This document shows, in pieces, positions 43,684 to 53,414 of a stretch of DNA of 64,000 nucleotides (positions are counted from its first letter, which is position 1; the number at the start of each line of letters is the position of its first letter). Location of the stretch: the IMG/VR virus record IMGVR_UViG_3300037478_000343, positions 4,180-68,179 of that record. One strand, 5' to 3'. Made by a program: the position numbers and the translations under genes. This DNA is from a virus. The notes beneath the pieces were generated by a model. It had not been told where the DNA came from, did no database searches, and saw nothing but the letters and a program-made list of their open reading frames with translations.

Positions 43684-44401
43684 CGCCCACAATTTCAACC
43701 CAGAACTTGCCGAGCACATTGATGAGGGGTTCGAGCGCTGCGGCATTGATCCGGCCGACCTCACCGCGCGCCACCTCCGGTCAGCAATACGTTCCTCAAA
43801 CCTCGTGCTGTCCGACTGGCAGAACTTCGGATACAAGCAGTTCACGCTCGCATTCCTGTCCCATACCCTGATAGCGAACGATGCCACCTTCCTCCTGCCG
43901 GTTGGAGGGGTGGACATCTTCCACGCGACCCTGAAACGCGACAGCCGCGAGACAGAGATGTATTCAATATCCCGGTCCGATTACAACGCGCTCCATGACA
44001 AGACAGCCACTGGCCGGCCAGACAGATACTTTGTTGACCGGTCAACCTTCATCGGAGACGCCCCGGCTTCGACTGTGAATCTGTGGCACGTTCCAGACGC
44101 CGGCTCCGACACCATGGAAATATGGTACATCCTGGCCCATCAGAATGCCGGCAACATGCAAAACACGCTCGGAATATCCCCAGGGTATCAGGAGGCATTC
44201 GCATGTGGTCTGGCGTTCCACCTGTCGAGGAAGTACGCACCCGACAGACGATCGGCGTTGCGAGACGACTACTTGGGCGCCAACTACAACGAGTTCTCTC
44301 ACAGCGTCCCTGGCGGCGCCATGGGGCGAGCCCTGACCGAAGACCGTGATCGGTCCCCTGCGGTCTTCAAGGTGGAGTTCGGACGCCGAGGAAGGCGCTA
44401 A
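43670..44401 (+). CDS. virion/tail-module protein (about 243 aa)
   Basis: Met-14 of track ORF 43631..44401. Overlaps the last 14 nt of the GIY-YIG gene. Confidence 0.5.
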   Translation: MSSSNAHNFNPELAEHIDEGFERCGIDPADLTARHLRSAIRSSNLVLSDWQNFGYKQFTLAFLSHTLIANDATFLLPVGGVDIFHATLKRDSRETEMYSISRSDYNALHDKTATGRPDRYFVDRSTFIGDAPASTVNLWHVPDAGSDTMEIWYILAHQNAGNMQNTLGISPGYQEAFACGLAFHLSRKYAPDRRSALRDDYLGANYNEFSHSVPGGAMGRALTEDRDRSPAVFKVEFGRRGRR

Positions 44402-44793
44402 TGTCCGCCCGGTACGCGATCGGCAAGCGCGCTTGGGGTCACTGTCAGCGGTGCGGATTTCGGTACTATCTGAGGGAGCTGCGGTACGACGGTCAGCAGC
44501 CTCACCTTCAGGTATGCGAGGATTGTTGGGACCCGAAACACCCCCAGGAGTACCTGCCTGATGTCTTCGACCCTGTTACACTTCTAGCTCCTACAGGTGA
44601 CACCGAAAAGTCTGTAGCGAACCTGCAGGTTATAGATTACCCGCCGTTCCTTGGGTCCGAGACGGTACTGATGCCGATCCAGATCGGGATTGGCCTCAGG
44701 TCGTCGGTTGCCCAGTTGGTGGCGGTGGATCTTGATCCGGAAGTGGGTCTGATCACTACCATGAGCCTGCTTGGCTTGCCCGGTGTCCCTTAA
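44401..44793 (+). CDS. Cys-cluster (zinc-binding) structural-module protein (130 aa)
   Basis: CQRCGF...CEDCW. TAATG overlap. Confidence 0.5.
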   Translation: MSARYAIGKRAWGHCQRCGFRYYLRELRYDGQQPHLQVCEDCWDPKHPQEYLPDVFDPVTLLAPTGDTEKSVANLQVIDYPPFLGSETVLMPIQIGIGLRSSVAQLVAVDLDPEVGLITTMSLLGLPGVP

Positions 44794-44812
44794 CATAACG
44801 GGTTTTGCGTAG

Positions 44813-45295
44813 ATGATTACGACAGGCGTGGGTAAAAAGTTCAGAGAGGAACTGCCGCTCGGCATCCATACCCTGTCCGAGGGTACGCCAGACGTGGTCA
44901 AGGCCGCTCTGTATGGCCCCCTGGCGGAGATCGGGCCAGACACCGACGCGTACACCTCCGTAGGCGAGATCGCCGCTGTGGGGGCCTATACGGCCGGTGG
45001 AGTGGCGGTTCCCCTGACGGTGGTGGGCGCAATCGGTTCGGACCGGAACGGAGGTACGCAGTTTGACGCGTTCCCGTACGTACAGCCAACCAATGACTTC
45101 ACGGTGACGCTGTCGTCGGCTGTCGGTGTTCGAGGAATCATGCTGTACAACTCGTCCCAGAGCAACAGGAACATATTCACGCTGGACTTCGGGGGGGTCA
45201 TAACCCCCGTATCTGGTGTGGCCATTCCGTGGGCCGTGGCTGACGTAGTCGCTATTACGGACGTACTGGTACCGCTGCTGGATAGGGCTCTGTAA
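44813..45295 (+). CDS. structural protein (160 aa)
   Basis: ORF track; operon context. Confidence 0.5.
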   Translation: MITTGVGKKFREELPLGIHTLSEGTPDVVKAALYGPLAEIGPDTDAYTSVGEIAAVGAYTAGGVAVPLTVVGAIGSDRNGGTQFDAFPYVQPTNDFTVTLSSAVGVRGIMLYNSSQSNRNIFTLDFGGVITPVSGVAIPWAVADVVAITDVLVPLLDRAL

Positions 45296-45951
45296 TGGAA
45301 TATACCTACACCACATTGAGGTCAGCAATTCTTGCTTTCGCAGACGATCCAGGGTCGGAGTTCTCGGGACGGGTTGACGATTTTATAAGCAAGGGCGAAA
45401 CCAGATGCGTTCGAGACCTCGACCTCGAGAATAGCGAGCAGTGGGTAAATCTAACGATTAGCGAAAGCAGCCGCTCCGTGCCGAAGCCTACCGACGCCAT
45501 TCACGTTAACTCGGTGTTCATCAGGGACCCGGTCGATCTGGTGTGGGCCGAACTGCCGCGGCGCTCGTTCGAGTACCTGATTGTGTACGCGCCCACGGAG
45601 GCCACTGAGTCTGCGCCCGTGTACTTCGCCGAGGAAGACGAGGAGAACCTCTACCTCGCGCCGACCCCTGACCAGGACTACGTAAGCGGCAACGCCAAAT
45701 GTCGCGCGACCATCAGGCCCGAGGGTCTGTCCTCATCGAACGAGGAATCGTTCCTTGGTAATCACTACGGTGACCTTCTGTTCAACGCGGCCATGATAGA
45801 GGCCAAGGAGTTCCAGAAGTCAGAAGCTGGAGCCCGCTGGTACGCGGCCAAGTACGAGAGCCTTCTACCGAGCACGTCTAAGGAAATCGAGGATGCTCGA
45901 CGCAAGCGATATAAGAACCTAAACACCGGAAAACAAGGGGCAGATGACTGA
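45295..45951 (+). CDS. structural protein (218 aa)
   Basis: ORF track. Stop/start overlap. Confidence 0.5.
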   Translation: MEYTYTTLRSAILAFADDPGSEFSGRVDDFISKGETRCVRDLDLENSEQWVNLTISESSRSVPKPTDAIHVNSVFIRDPVDLVWAELPRRSFEYLIVYAPTEATESAPVYFAEEDEENLYLAPTPDQDYVSGNAKCRATIRPEGLSSSNEESFLGNHYGDLLFNAAMIEAKEFQKSEAGARWYAAKYESLLPSTSKEIEDARRKRYKNLNTGKQGADD

Positions 45952-46865
45952 TGCCAAGTACCTTCACAGATATCCTACGGCTTGAACTGCAGGCCGATGG
46001 CGAGAACGAAAACACGTGGGGCCAGAAGCTCAACGAAGTCGTCGATAAGCTCGAAACCGGCATTGCTGGACGCAAGGCAATCACGCTGGGAGCCAGCGAC
46101 GTAACCCTTACCACCAACAACGGTGGTGACGGTGACGACGAGCAGGCCGCGGCAATGATTCTGGACCTGACGGGCGCACTTTCTGCGAACGTCAACATCG
46201 TCGCGCCCAACAAATCCAAGATATATCTCATCAGGAACGGCTGCACACAAACCGCATCTGAGACCGTAAGCATCAAGACCGCCGATGGAGATGCACTTGA
46301 AATCCCAAACGGTTCTGCTTTCTTCGCGTGGTGCAATGGATCGGATGTGTTTCGAGGTGCGGCAAACGATGCATCAGGTCTTACGTCCGGAACCCTCTCC
46401 GACGACCGCCTGTCCGCGAACGTGCTAACGCCAAGTGTAATCGCCGCCCTGACCGCTCTAGACATTTCCGGCCTTGACGCAACTGACGGTATTTACATCG
46501 ACGACGCCGGTACCGCCAAGCGAATGGCGATACAGGACATGGGGGTGCGGGTCGTTGATCTTTCTACGACTCAGACCTTCGCGCTGGTCGATGCCAACAG
46601 CCTGCAAGTTCTTACCGGCAGCACGAACAGGGTATGGACCATTCCGGCAAACGCGACTGTCCCATTCAAGATCGGCGCAATTCTCTATGTGGCCGCACGT
46701 GATACCGCAAAGATCACGGTCACCGCAGCTTCTGGCGTAACGCTAACCAGCGCTTTTGCCAGTGGCGTCGCAGGCTCAATTGATGTCGTTCCCGGTGGCA
46801 CGGCTGCTTTTGTCAAGGTTGCTACGAACGAATGGATGGCCAACGGGGACATCGTTCCGGCATGA
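45951..46865 (+). CDS. structural/tail protein (304 aa)
   Basis: ORF track. TGATG overlap. Confidence 0.55.
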   Translation: MPSTFTDILRLELQADGENENTWGQKLNEVVDKLETGIAGRKAITLGASDVTLTTNNGGDGDDEQAAAMILDLTGALSANVNIVAPNKSKIYLIRNGCTQTASETVSIKTADGDALEIPNGSAFFAWCNGSDVFRGAANDASGLTSGTLSDDRLSANVLTPSVIAALTALDISGLDATDGIYIDDAGTAKRMAIQDMGVRVVDLSTTQTFALVDANSLQVLTGSTNRVWTIPANATVPFKIGAILYVAARDTAKITVTAASGVTLTSAFASGVAGSIDVVPGGTAAFVKVATNEWMANGDIVPA

Positions 46866-47278
46866 GCGCGCTACTGATGATGTTCGTCTCCGGAGGGAGC
46901 AAGGGGTCGCGAGGCATCATAACCGTGGGCGATGGCTCCACTTCGTTTGGTTTCGATTCGGGTGTCTTCGGGTCGTTGTCGAGTGACAGTTTTCTGTTTA
47001 ACGGCACGAAGGCGACGATATTCAGGCTTCTCTCTACGTCAACGATTGATCTGCGACTGGAACTTATTCAGACAGGAGGTGATCCGGGGCAGGATGTTTT
47101 CTCGAAAATTGTCATTGAGCGAGGCAACGGATCAGTTCAAGAGTACGATTCCAGCGCGGCATCGTACTTCTTCTTTGCTGGCCCTGGCGCAGCACAGTGG
47201 CAATGGGGAGCGGGCTCGAGTCCGGTTTATCAGTCTGGTCATGTAGCACAGACGCATCCTTTTGCGATCGTGCTTTAG
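46862..47278 (+). CDS. structural protein (about 138 aa)
   Basis: ATGA overlap. Met-11 of track ORF 46832..47278. Confidence 0.5.
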   Translation: MSALLMMFVSGGSKGSRGIITVGDGSTSFGFDSGVFGSLSSDSFLFNGTKATIFRLLSTSTIDLRLELIQTGGDPGQDVFSKIVIERGNGSVQEYDSSAASYFFFAGPGAAQWQWGAGSSPVYQSGHVAQTHPFAIVL

Positions 47279-47710
47279 TTATTCGGTACAGTGCCAAACA
47301 TCGCGATCAGACCGCCATTCAAATGAATGGCAGGGCTTCTCTGTCGGTTGACCGCATAAACCTGAGTCACAGTTTTGATAAACCATATATCCGTGGTAAA
47401 CGGTTCCGCCGACTTGCCACCATCGACGCCATTTAGATGGCAGGGCAAGGCTTATTAGATAGTGAGATAGACCCAGCGTGGCGAAGTATTGCCATGTATC
47501 TGAAGTAGACGGATGCGCACCCAGCATTGACCGTGTGACTGGCTCGTGTTCTTCGATGCCGTCATGGTACTGAATGCGGGTGGTCGTGTATGCATCGGAG
47601 GCTATGGCCGAGACGTATGCTATTTCGTATAGCGTATCGGTTTTCGTCCAGTTTCCTGATGCGCATCCCGATACAAGAGCGAGTGAAAGTACGATGATTA
47701 TCCTGACCAT
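47279..47710 (-). CDS. lipoprotein encoded antisense within the tail module (moron; about 143 aa)
   Basis: MVRIIIVLSLALVSGCAS...: signal peptide with lipobox LVSGC. Strong AGGAGGT RBS. Only minus-strand gene in a 30-kb plus-strand block. Confidence 0.55.
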   Translation of the reverse strand: MVRIIIVLSLALVSGCASGNWTKTDTLYEIAYVSAIASDAYTTTRIQYHDGIEEHEPVTRSMLGAHPSTSDTWQYFATLGLSHYLISLALPSKWRRWWQVGGTVYHGYMVYQNCDSGLCGQPTEKPCHSFEWRSDRDVWHCTE

Positions 47711-47847
47711 TTCTACCTCCTGAGCGGGACAGTTGCCACCCGAAACGACCCGCAGTCTACCGCCTGAAATCTCCGGTCCTGTTACACTTTTCGACCCGGT
47801 GGCAGGTAAAAGTCTGTCACAAACACATATAGAGCGCAATAGTTTAG

Positions 47848-49662
47848 ATGGGCATTTTTTCAGGCCAACCAATTCCGCTGGAAATACCCCCTGGCATTCT
47901 CTCTGAGGAAACTCAGGTCGGAGTCGGGGCCAGGTGGTTTGATGCGGATCGCATACGTTTCAAGAACGGCCTGCCAGAGAGTATCGGGGGCTGGGTCAAG
48001 CAGACGCTATCGGATGTGTTGCTCGGCATCCCGCGCTCGATCCACGACTGGATTGCTCTGGACGGCACCAAGTTCATCGTGGTTGGTACCGAGAAGCGCC
48101 TCTATCTGATTGATGAATCATTGGGTGTTTTCAACATCACTCCGATTCGGGATAGTGGCACAGATACGGATATATTCTCGACCGACACCGACGGGGCTTA
48201 TGACCCCAACTCCACGGGCGACGCCTCCTACTTCAGCGTGGGGATAGATGGACACGGGGTTTCTGTTGGGGACATCGTGACCTTCTCAGACTTTGACGCC
48301 GTTGGGGGTTTGGATGTTAACGGAGACTTCGAGGTTCAGGACGTCACGGACACCGATAACTTTGTGCTCAAACATAGCTCTGACGCAACCTCGACAGTAT
48401 CTGGCGGTGGTGGAGAAGGGGACTACATTTTTGAAATACCCGTAGGAGGCGCGCTGGCGGCCATCCAAAATGGGTTTGGCACCGGGACGTATGGTACCGA
48501 AACATATGGCACCCCGAGATCTGCATCTACCTTCTTGGAGCAATTGCGTACGTGGTCTTTGGACAACTGGGGGGAGGACCTGATCGCGTCCCCAAGGGGC
48601 GGAAGCATCTTTGTGTGGGACAAGTCGGTAGGAACTGGCACCAGAGCCCAGATAATCGCAAACGCTCCGATAACCAACCAGATTGTGCTTGTGTCGCAGG
48701 AGACCAGGCAGCTTATTGCCCTTGGCGCGCACGACGGGTCCGCGAGCGATCCACTGTTCATCGCATGGAGCGACACCGAGGACTACGACACGTGGATCGC
48801 AGACGTTACGAACAATGCCGGAGACTCCCGAATCAACAAGGGATCTGAGATCGTGGGTGCGGTCTCAACGCGTGTCGGCATCCTGATCTGGACAGACGTT
48901 GGCCTACACGTGATGCAGCCGGTAGCGAGCAACGATGTGTTCTCTGTTCGTCCCCTCGGGTCAGGTATTGCGGTTGCAGGTCCGTCTGCGGCAGTGGACG
49001 TGAACGGGGTTGGGTATGCCATGGGGAAGAACAACTTCTACTCCTACGACGGGGTCATCAGCGTCATGCCATGTACCGTGTGGGGGCATGTTTTCAGGGA
49101 CATAAACATCACTCAATCGTTTAGCGTGATGTGTTCTCACAGCAAGGACTTCAACGAAATATGGTGGTTTTACCCTAGCGCCAATCAAAACTCCAACGAC
49201 CGGTACGTGATCTTCAATTACGTCGAGAACATCTGGTACTACGGCGTTCTCAGCCGCGCCAGCTTCCACGACTTCTCGCCGTTCTTTAACAAGCCGTACG
49301 GGTTTGACAACCAAGGCAACCTGTATGTCCACGAGGAGGGCGTAGACGACGACGTGGCAGCCATGGGCTCGTACATTGAATCAGGATTCATGACGGTCTC
49401 AAAAATGGTTGTTCAGATCAACAAGATGATCCCAGACTTCAAAACCCTGGTCGGCTCTATCTCACTCACCTTGAAGGGCAAGAAGCGTCCGCAGGGCGAG
49501 ACCATTACAAAGGGTCCGTACGCAGTCAGCTCCGTTGATGACGAGGTCGGGGCTCGAATACGGGCGCGTCACGTTGCATTGCGAGTCGAGCAGGACGGTA
49601 TCGGCGAGCGGTTTCGCATGGGTACATGGGGCGCTGAGGCCGAGCCGGACGGGGACCGGTAA
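47848..49662 (+). CDS. tail protein (604 aa)
   Basis: Large Gly/Asp/Thr-rich protein directly upstream of the tailspike-like gene. Confidence 0.55.
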   Translation: MGIFSGQPIPLEIPPGILSEETQVGVGARWFDADRIRFKNGLPESIGGWVKQTLSDVLLGIPRSIHDWIALDGTKFIVVGTEKRLYLIDESLGVFNITPIRDSGTDTDIFSTDTDGAYDPNSTGDASYFSVGIDGHGVSVGDIVTFSDFDAVGGLDVNGDFEVQDVTDTDNFVLKHSSDATSTVSGGGGEGDYIFEIPVGGALAAIQNGFGTGTYGTETYGTPRSASTFLEQLRTWSLDNWGEDLIASPRGGSIFVWDKSVGTGTRAQIIANAPITNQIVLVSQETRQLIALGAHDGSASDPLFIAWSDTEDYDTWIADVTNNAGDSRINKGSEIVGAVSTRVGILIWTDVGLHVMQPVASNDVFSVRPLGSGIAVAGPSAAVDVNGVGYAMGKNNFYSYDGVISVMPCTVWGHVFRDINITQSFSVMCSHSKDFNEIWWFYPSANQNSNDRYVIFNYVENIWYYGVLSRASFHDFSPFFNKPYGFDNQGNLYVHEEGVDDDVAAMGSYIESGFMTVSKMVVQINKMIPDFKTLVGSISLTLKGKKRPQGETITKGPYAVSSVDDEVGARIRARHVALRVEQDGIGERFRMGTWGAEAEPDGDR

Positions 49663-51920
49663 TGAAGATCAACCCCATTCTCTTGCCGCAGTTCGGGGAT
49701 GCGTACGATCCACATAAGGTAAAAACCTTAGTGGAAGAATTGGAGCGTCTGTATTCCTCGCTCCGGTCCCTCAATGTACCGCTGCTAGATGAAGGCAATG
49801 TCTTTACCGGCAACATGGAAATCGGAGGAACATTGCAATGGGGCGGTGGCACCGCAATACCTTCTAGCGACGACGTGCAAAGGATTTTCGACACCACCCC
49901 AGCAGAAACAGCCGCTGGAGTAACCCCGGTCAACAAGCAGTATCCGCCCGGATATGTACTGAGGTTTATCGAAACATTCGTATCCGGCACTACGGACATG
50001 ACGGCCGCGATTCAGTCAGCCCTCGATTCCGCTCCGATAGTCGTGTTTCCAGATGGCGTTCTGATGGTCAGCGACACCGTAAGGGCGCCATCGAATAGGA
50101 TGCTGTTCGGCTCTGGCAAGCCACTTGTAACGCCTAATACCTACCCGACCGCCCCGACCTTTTCCGGCGGTACCTTGATTCGCATGTTGTCGTCAGTTGG
50201 CAGGGCCACCAATGTCCTGCAGATTGGCACGCGCGACACACCGTCTAATAACGTCACGCTTTCCGATCTGGGCGTTGATTTCAACAGAGCCCGATGGTCC
50301 GAAAGCGGTGGCGACAATGACGGCGAGGAAATGCACTCAACCGCTATCGGAATCTATGGCTCAGAGAATGTGCGTCTCAATCGAGTAGCAGCCGCAGATG
50401 GGTATAAGCATTCTGTGGACGTTACGGCGCCGGATTACGGACGCGGACAAAGTGCGGCGACAGTTTATGACGACCAGCCCGCACGCTACGTGTGGCTTAA
50501 CGAGGTGTATGCGTGTGGTGCTGGTGACGACAATATCACGACCCACCAATGCGAATACGTCTACATCAATGATTGCGTATCCGAGCATCCAACCGGAGAA
50601 GCTGTTCCCGGAAACTCAAACCCGTTTGAAATAGATGACGGTTCTCGCAGTGTTTTTATTACGAACTGCGTGGGTATTGGTGGCGACAACGGGCTACAGA
50701 TCAAGGGACACAACGACGCGCCAGCACCTTATGACATCGTTGTCAATGGCTTCCAAGCAATCAATAACAGGCTTGGTGTAGAGGTACGGCATACGGGCTG
50801 GTATTCCGCGACCGATACCGACCTTGCCGACGAGACGGTTGACGAGGACGGGAATCCCTTCGAGTTTACCGGGGCATCGCCGAACGCTCGTAACTTGATC
50901 CTGAACAATATCACTATCGTTGCACCGACCAATGTAACGCCTAACGGTACGGCTGGACTGGGATTTGGCGGGTTCCGTCTTCGTTCCTATGAAAACGTCA
51001 TTATCAACAACCTGATTATCACAGACGGAGTGTTAGGCGCCGATGGGGATTTCGAGCCGTTCGATGATATATCGAACAACCTGATCCGAATCTACAGCGG
51101 TGCACGTCATGTGCAGATGCGCAATACCGCTATCTACGGGTTTCCAGATATAACCCCGTCAGGAACGGCCGCATTTTGGGTGACTTCGAGCTTTGCCGGA
51201 CCTATGCTGGTTGATGGTTTGACGGCTATTGATGGTCCTTCGGAGATATTCCGTGCCTCGGGTGCGGCTGGTCCGATTCAACTCGACAACTACTTTATTC
51301 TCGGCGACCACCCCACGGTCACCCCCATTATCCTTGTCGGCAGCAACAAGAGAACCGAGGGCGGTATTATTTCCGGGTACCTCCGACAATCTCCAGCGGC
51401 CACGGGACCCCTGCAAGAGCTTCGCAAGGCGGCCGTTACTACTGGAGGCAGCGCCGGCACTCCAGCGCCATTCTTGTCAATGGTTTGGGAGGAAGGCGTT
51501 CAAGACCTTGGAGCGGGCGAGGGCATATCGTTGAACTTCGCTTGTAATCTGGTGGATAACGGCGCTGGCGTAGATTTTGATGGAGTTGATTACCCATTCG
51601 GAAATATACAGTTCCGCAAGACCATCGGAGACGATAGCAGCGCCGCCCATGATTTCGCCATTCAGCTTATCGAAGCTACAGACGAGAGTGCTCCAAGAGA
51701 CGTATTCTCAATACAGTCCACAGGGGCCGTCAGTCACGGCCTTGCATCAGCAACGGCTACCGAAATAGCCGACATAGGAGATGTCATAAATACCGCCAAT
51801 AAGTTTACTGGCAAGCAAGTTATAGACACCACCAATGATCGCCTGCTTTACGCATCTGGTGTTGACGCTGGCGACCCGTGGCATGTTGTTGATGGCAGCG
51901 CCACGGTAACCCCGTCATAA
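49662..51920 (+). CDS. tail fiber/tailspike protein, beta-helix-like, possible depolymerase (752 aa)
   Basis: Very Gly/Asn/Thr/Asp/Val-rich with repetitive short beta-strand periodicity typical of right-handed parallel beta-helix tailspikes. ATGA overlap. Confidence 0.6.
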   Translation: MKINPILLPQFGDAYDPHKVKTLVEELERLYSSLRSLNVPLLDEGNVFTGNMEIGGTLQWGGGTAIPSSDDVQRIFDTTPAETAAGVTPVNKQYPPGYVLRFIETFVSGTTDMTAAIQSALDSAPIVVFPDGVLMVSDTVRAPSNRMLFGSGKPLVTPNTYPTAPTFSGGTLIRMLSSVGRATNVLQIGTRDTPSNNVTLSDLGVDFNRARWSESGGDNDGEEMHSTAIGIYGSENVRLNRVAAADGYKHSVDVTAPDYGRGQSAATVYDDQPARYVWLNEVYACGAGDDNITTHQCEYVYINDCVSEHPTGEAVPGNSNPFEIDDGSRSVFITNCVGIGGDNGLQIKGHNDAPAPYDIVVNGFQAINNRLGVEVRHTGWYSATDTDLADETVDEDGNPFEFTGASPNARNLILNNITIVAPTNVTPNGTAGLGFGGFRLRSYENVIINNLIITDGVLGADGDFEPFDDISNNLIRIYSGARHVQMRNTAIYGFPDITPSGTAAFWVTSSFAGPMLVDGLTAIDGPSEIFRASGAAGPIQLDNYFILGDHPTVTPIILVGSNKRTEGGIISGYLRQSPAATGPLQELRKAAVTTGGSAGTPAPFLSMVWEEGVQDLGAGEGISLNFACNLVDNGAGVDFDGVDYPFGNIQFRKTIGDDSSAAHDFAIQLIEATDESAPRDVFSIQSTGAVSHGLASATATEIADIGDVINTANKFTGKQVIDTTNDRLLYASGVDAGDPWHVVDGSATVTPS

Positions 51921-52030
51921 TTCGATCCGCGCCACCGCGCTTCCTCCCCGAAACCGGCCGCGGTGGGCGGCATGCCTCGTGGTTCTTGGGTATACTCCGA
52001 GTTTCGTCATAACCGCGCCAGAGGTCCGGC

Positions 52031-52537
52031 ATGGCAGATAAAAAAATCAGGGTACGGAGAGCTGAGCCCAAGGATGTTGTAAACATCTGCAAGCTGCTGC
52101 AGTCAGGATGGAAGACTCAAACCGTCGAGTACGCGCCAATCAATGATCTGCGGGGGTACCGGTGGATTATAGACATCCTGGAAGCCGGCGTGGTGGCGGT
52201 GGCGGACTTGAACGGAAGGATAGTTGGGGCCGTTTGCGCAAGTCCATACCAGCCGGGGTTTTCTCTGGGCTGGCTACTGGAGGTCGAGTTCCTGTACGTG
52301 ATGGAGTCCTTCAGGAAAGAGGGCGTTGCACATAGCCTCTTGGAGGCCGTAGAGCGTTTCTCAGACCGGCACGGGGTGTCGCTGACATTCACGATGCAGA
52401 CCGGCGAGCGCCCTGAAGTGAAAGACAGAATGATGACCATGGCCGGCTGGACGTATGCCGGTGGAAACTTCTTAAGGCCGGCGAAGAAAAAAAATGTCGA
52501 AGGGCAAGACCACACAGACGACCAACCAGACAAGTAG
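52031..52537 (+). CDS. GNAT-family N-acetyltransferase
   Basis: VRRAEPKDVVNICKLL...GRIVGAV...FLYVMESFRKEGVAHSLLEAVERFSDRHGV fits GNAT motifs A/B. Confidence 0.7.
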   Translation: MADKKIRVRRAEPKDVVNICKLLQSGWKTQTVEYAPINDLRGYRWIIDILEAGVVAVADLNGRIVGAVCASPYQPGFSLGWLLEVEFLYVMESFRKEGVAHSLLEAVERFSDRHGVSLTFTMQTGERPEVKDRMMTMAGWTYAGGNFLRPAKKKNVEGQDHTDDQPDK

Positions 52538-53414
52538 GCAGGACTACCAACTGCCCGCGTACATGCGTCAGGGCTCGGAGACCGCAGTAGCCGGAGCTAC
52601 GGAGCGCCTAAACACCCCCTACAAGAAATTCGAAGGTCAGCGAATCTCTGACCTCTCCCAGAACGAACAGATGGGTATGGCGGCAGCCCGTAGCAACTAC
52701 GGCGCGTTCGATGCGGACTACGACAGGGCCAGAGAATACGCCGGTGGCGTAGGGTCGGTTGCGGACGAGGGCGCTCTGGAAGGGTACATGAACCCGTACC
52801 TTGACGCGGTTCTCGACCCTCAGGTTCGACGTCGCAACGAAGCGTACGGAGCAGAGACCGCCGAGATGCAGCGCACCTCTGGCATGCGTGGAGCGTTCGG
52901 TGGGCGTCAGGGCGTCGCCGAAGATCAGGCGGCACGGCGCCACCAAGAGGGGCTATCTGACCTCTACGGTGAAACCTACTCAGGCGCGTTTGACCGGGCA
53001 ACCTCCCTGCACCAAGCCGAGCAGGACCGTAAGCTCCGGCAGTCCGGCGCTTTCACTGACATTGCCACCTCGCAATCCGCAACCAACCGCGCTGCACTTC
53101 GAGACCTGATGGCGACCGGTCATACAGAGCGCACCAGGGATCAGGCCGATCTGGACTTCAAGTACCTCGAACACCTTGAGAGCAGGGACTGGGACATCAA
53201 CAATGTCGCCACCCTTGTGGATGTTCTGGCGTCCGTTCCGCACGAGTACTCACAGACCGGGGAGTCTTCCGGGACAACCACCGAGACGAAGTCCAGCAGC
53301 CCCCTGAAAACCATTGCTGGTATAGGCGCCATCGCTGCCGGCGCCATCATGACGGGAGGTGCCTCGCTGGCGCTGACCGCCGCTGGTAGCGCGATGCTGG
53401 GCGGTGAGGAATAA
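52494..53414 (+). CDS. internal virion protein (306 aa)
   Basis: Gln/Ala/Gly/Arg-rich with a hydrophobic Gly/Ala C-terminus (AGIGAIAAGAIMTGGASLALTAAGSAMLGG). Position before the giant protein. Confidence 0.55.
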   Translation: MSKGKTTQTTNQTSRQDYQLPAYMRQGSETAVAGATERLNTPYKKFEGQRISDLSQNEQMGMAAARSNYGAFDADYDRAREYAGGVGSVADEGALEGYMNPYLDAVLDPQVRRRNEAYGAETAEMQRTSGMRGAFGGRQGVAEDQAARRHQEGLSDLYGETYSGAFDRATSLHQAEQDRKLRQSGAFTDIATSQSATNRAALRDLMATGHTERTRDQADLDFKYLEHLESRDWDINNVATLVDVLASVPHEYSQTGESSGTTTETKSSSPLKTIAGIGAIAAGAIMTGGASLALTAAGSAMLGGEE

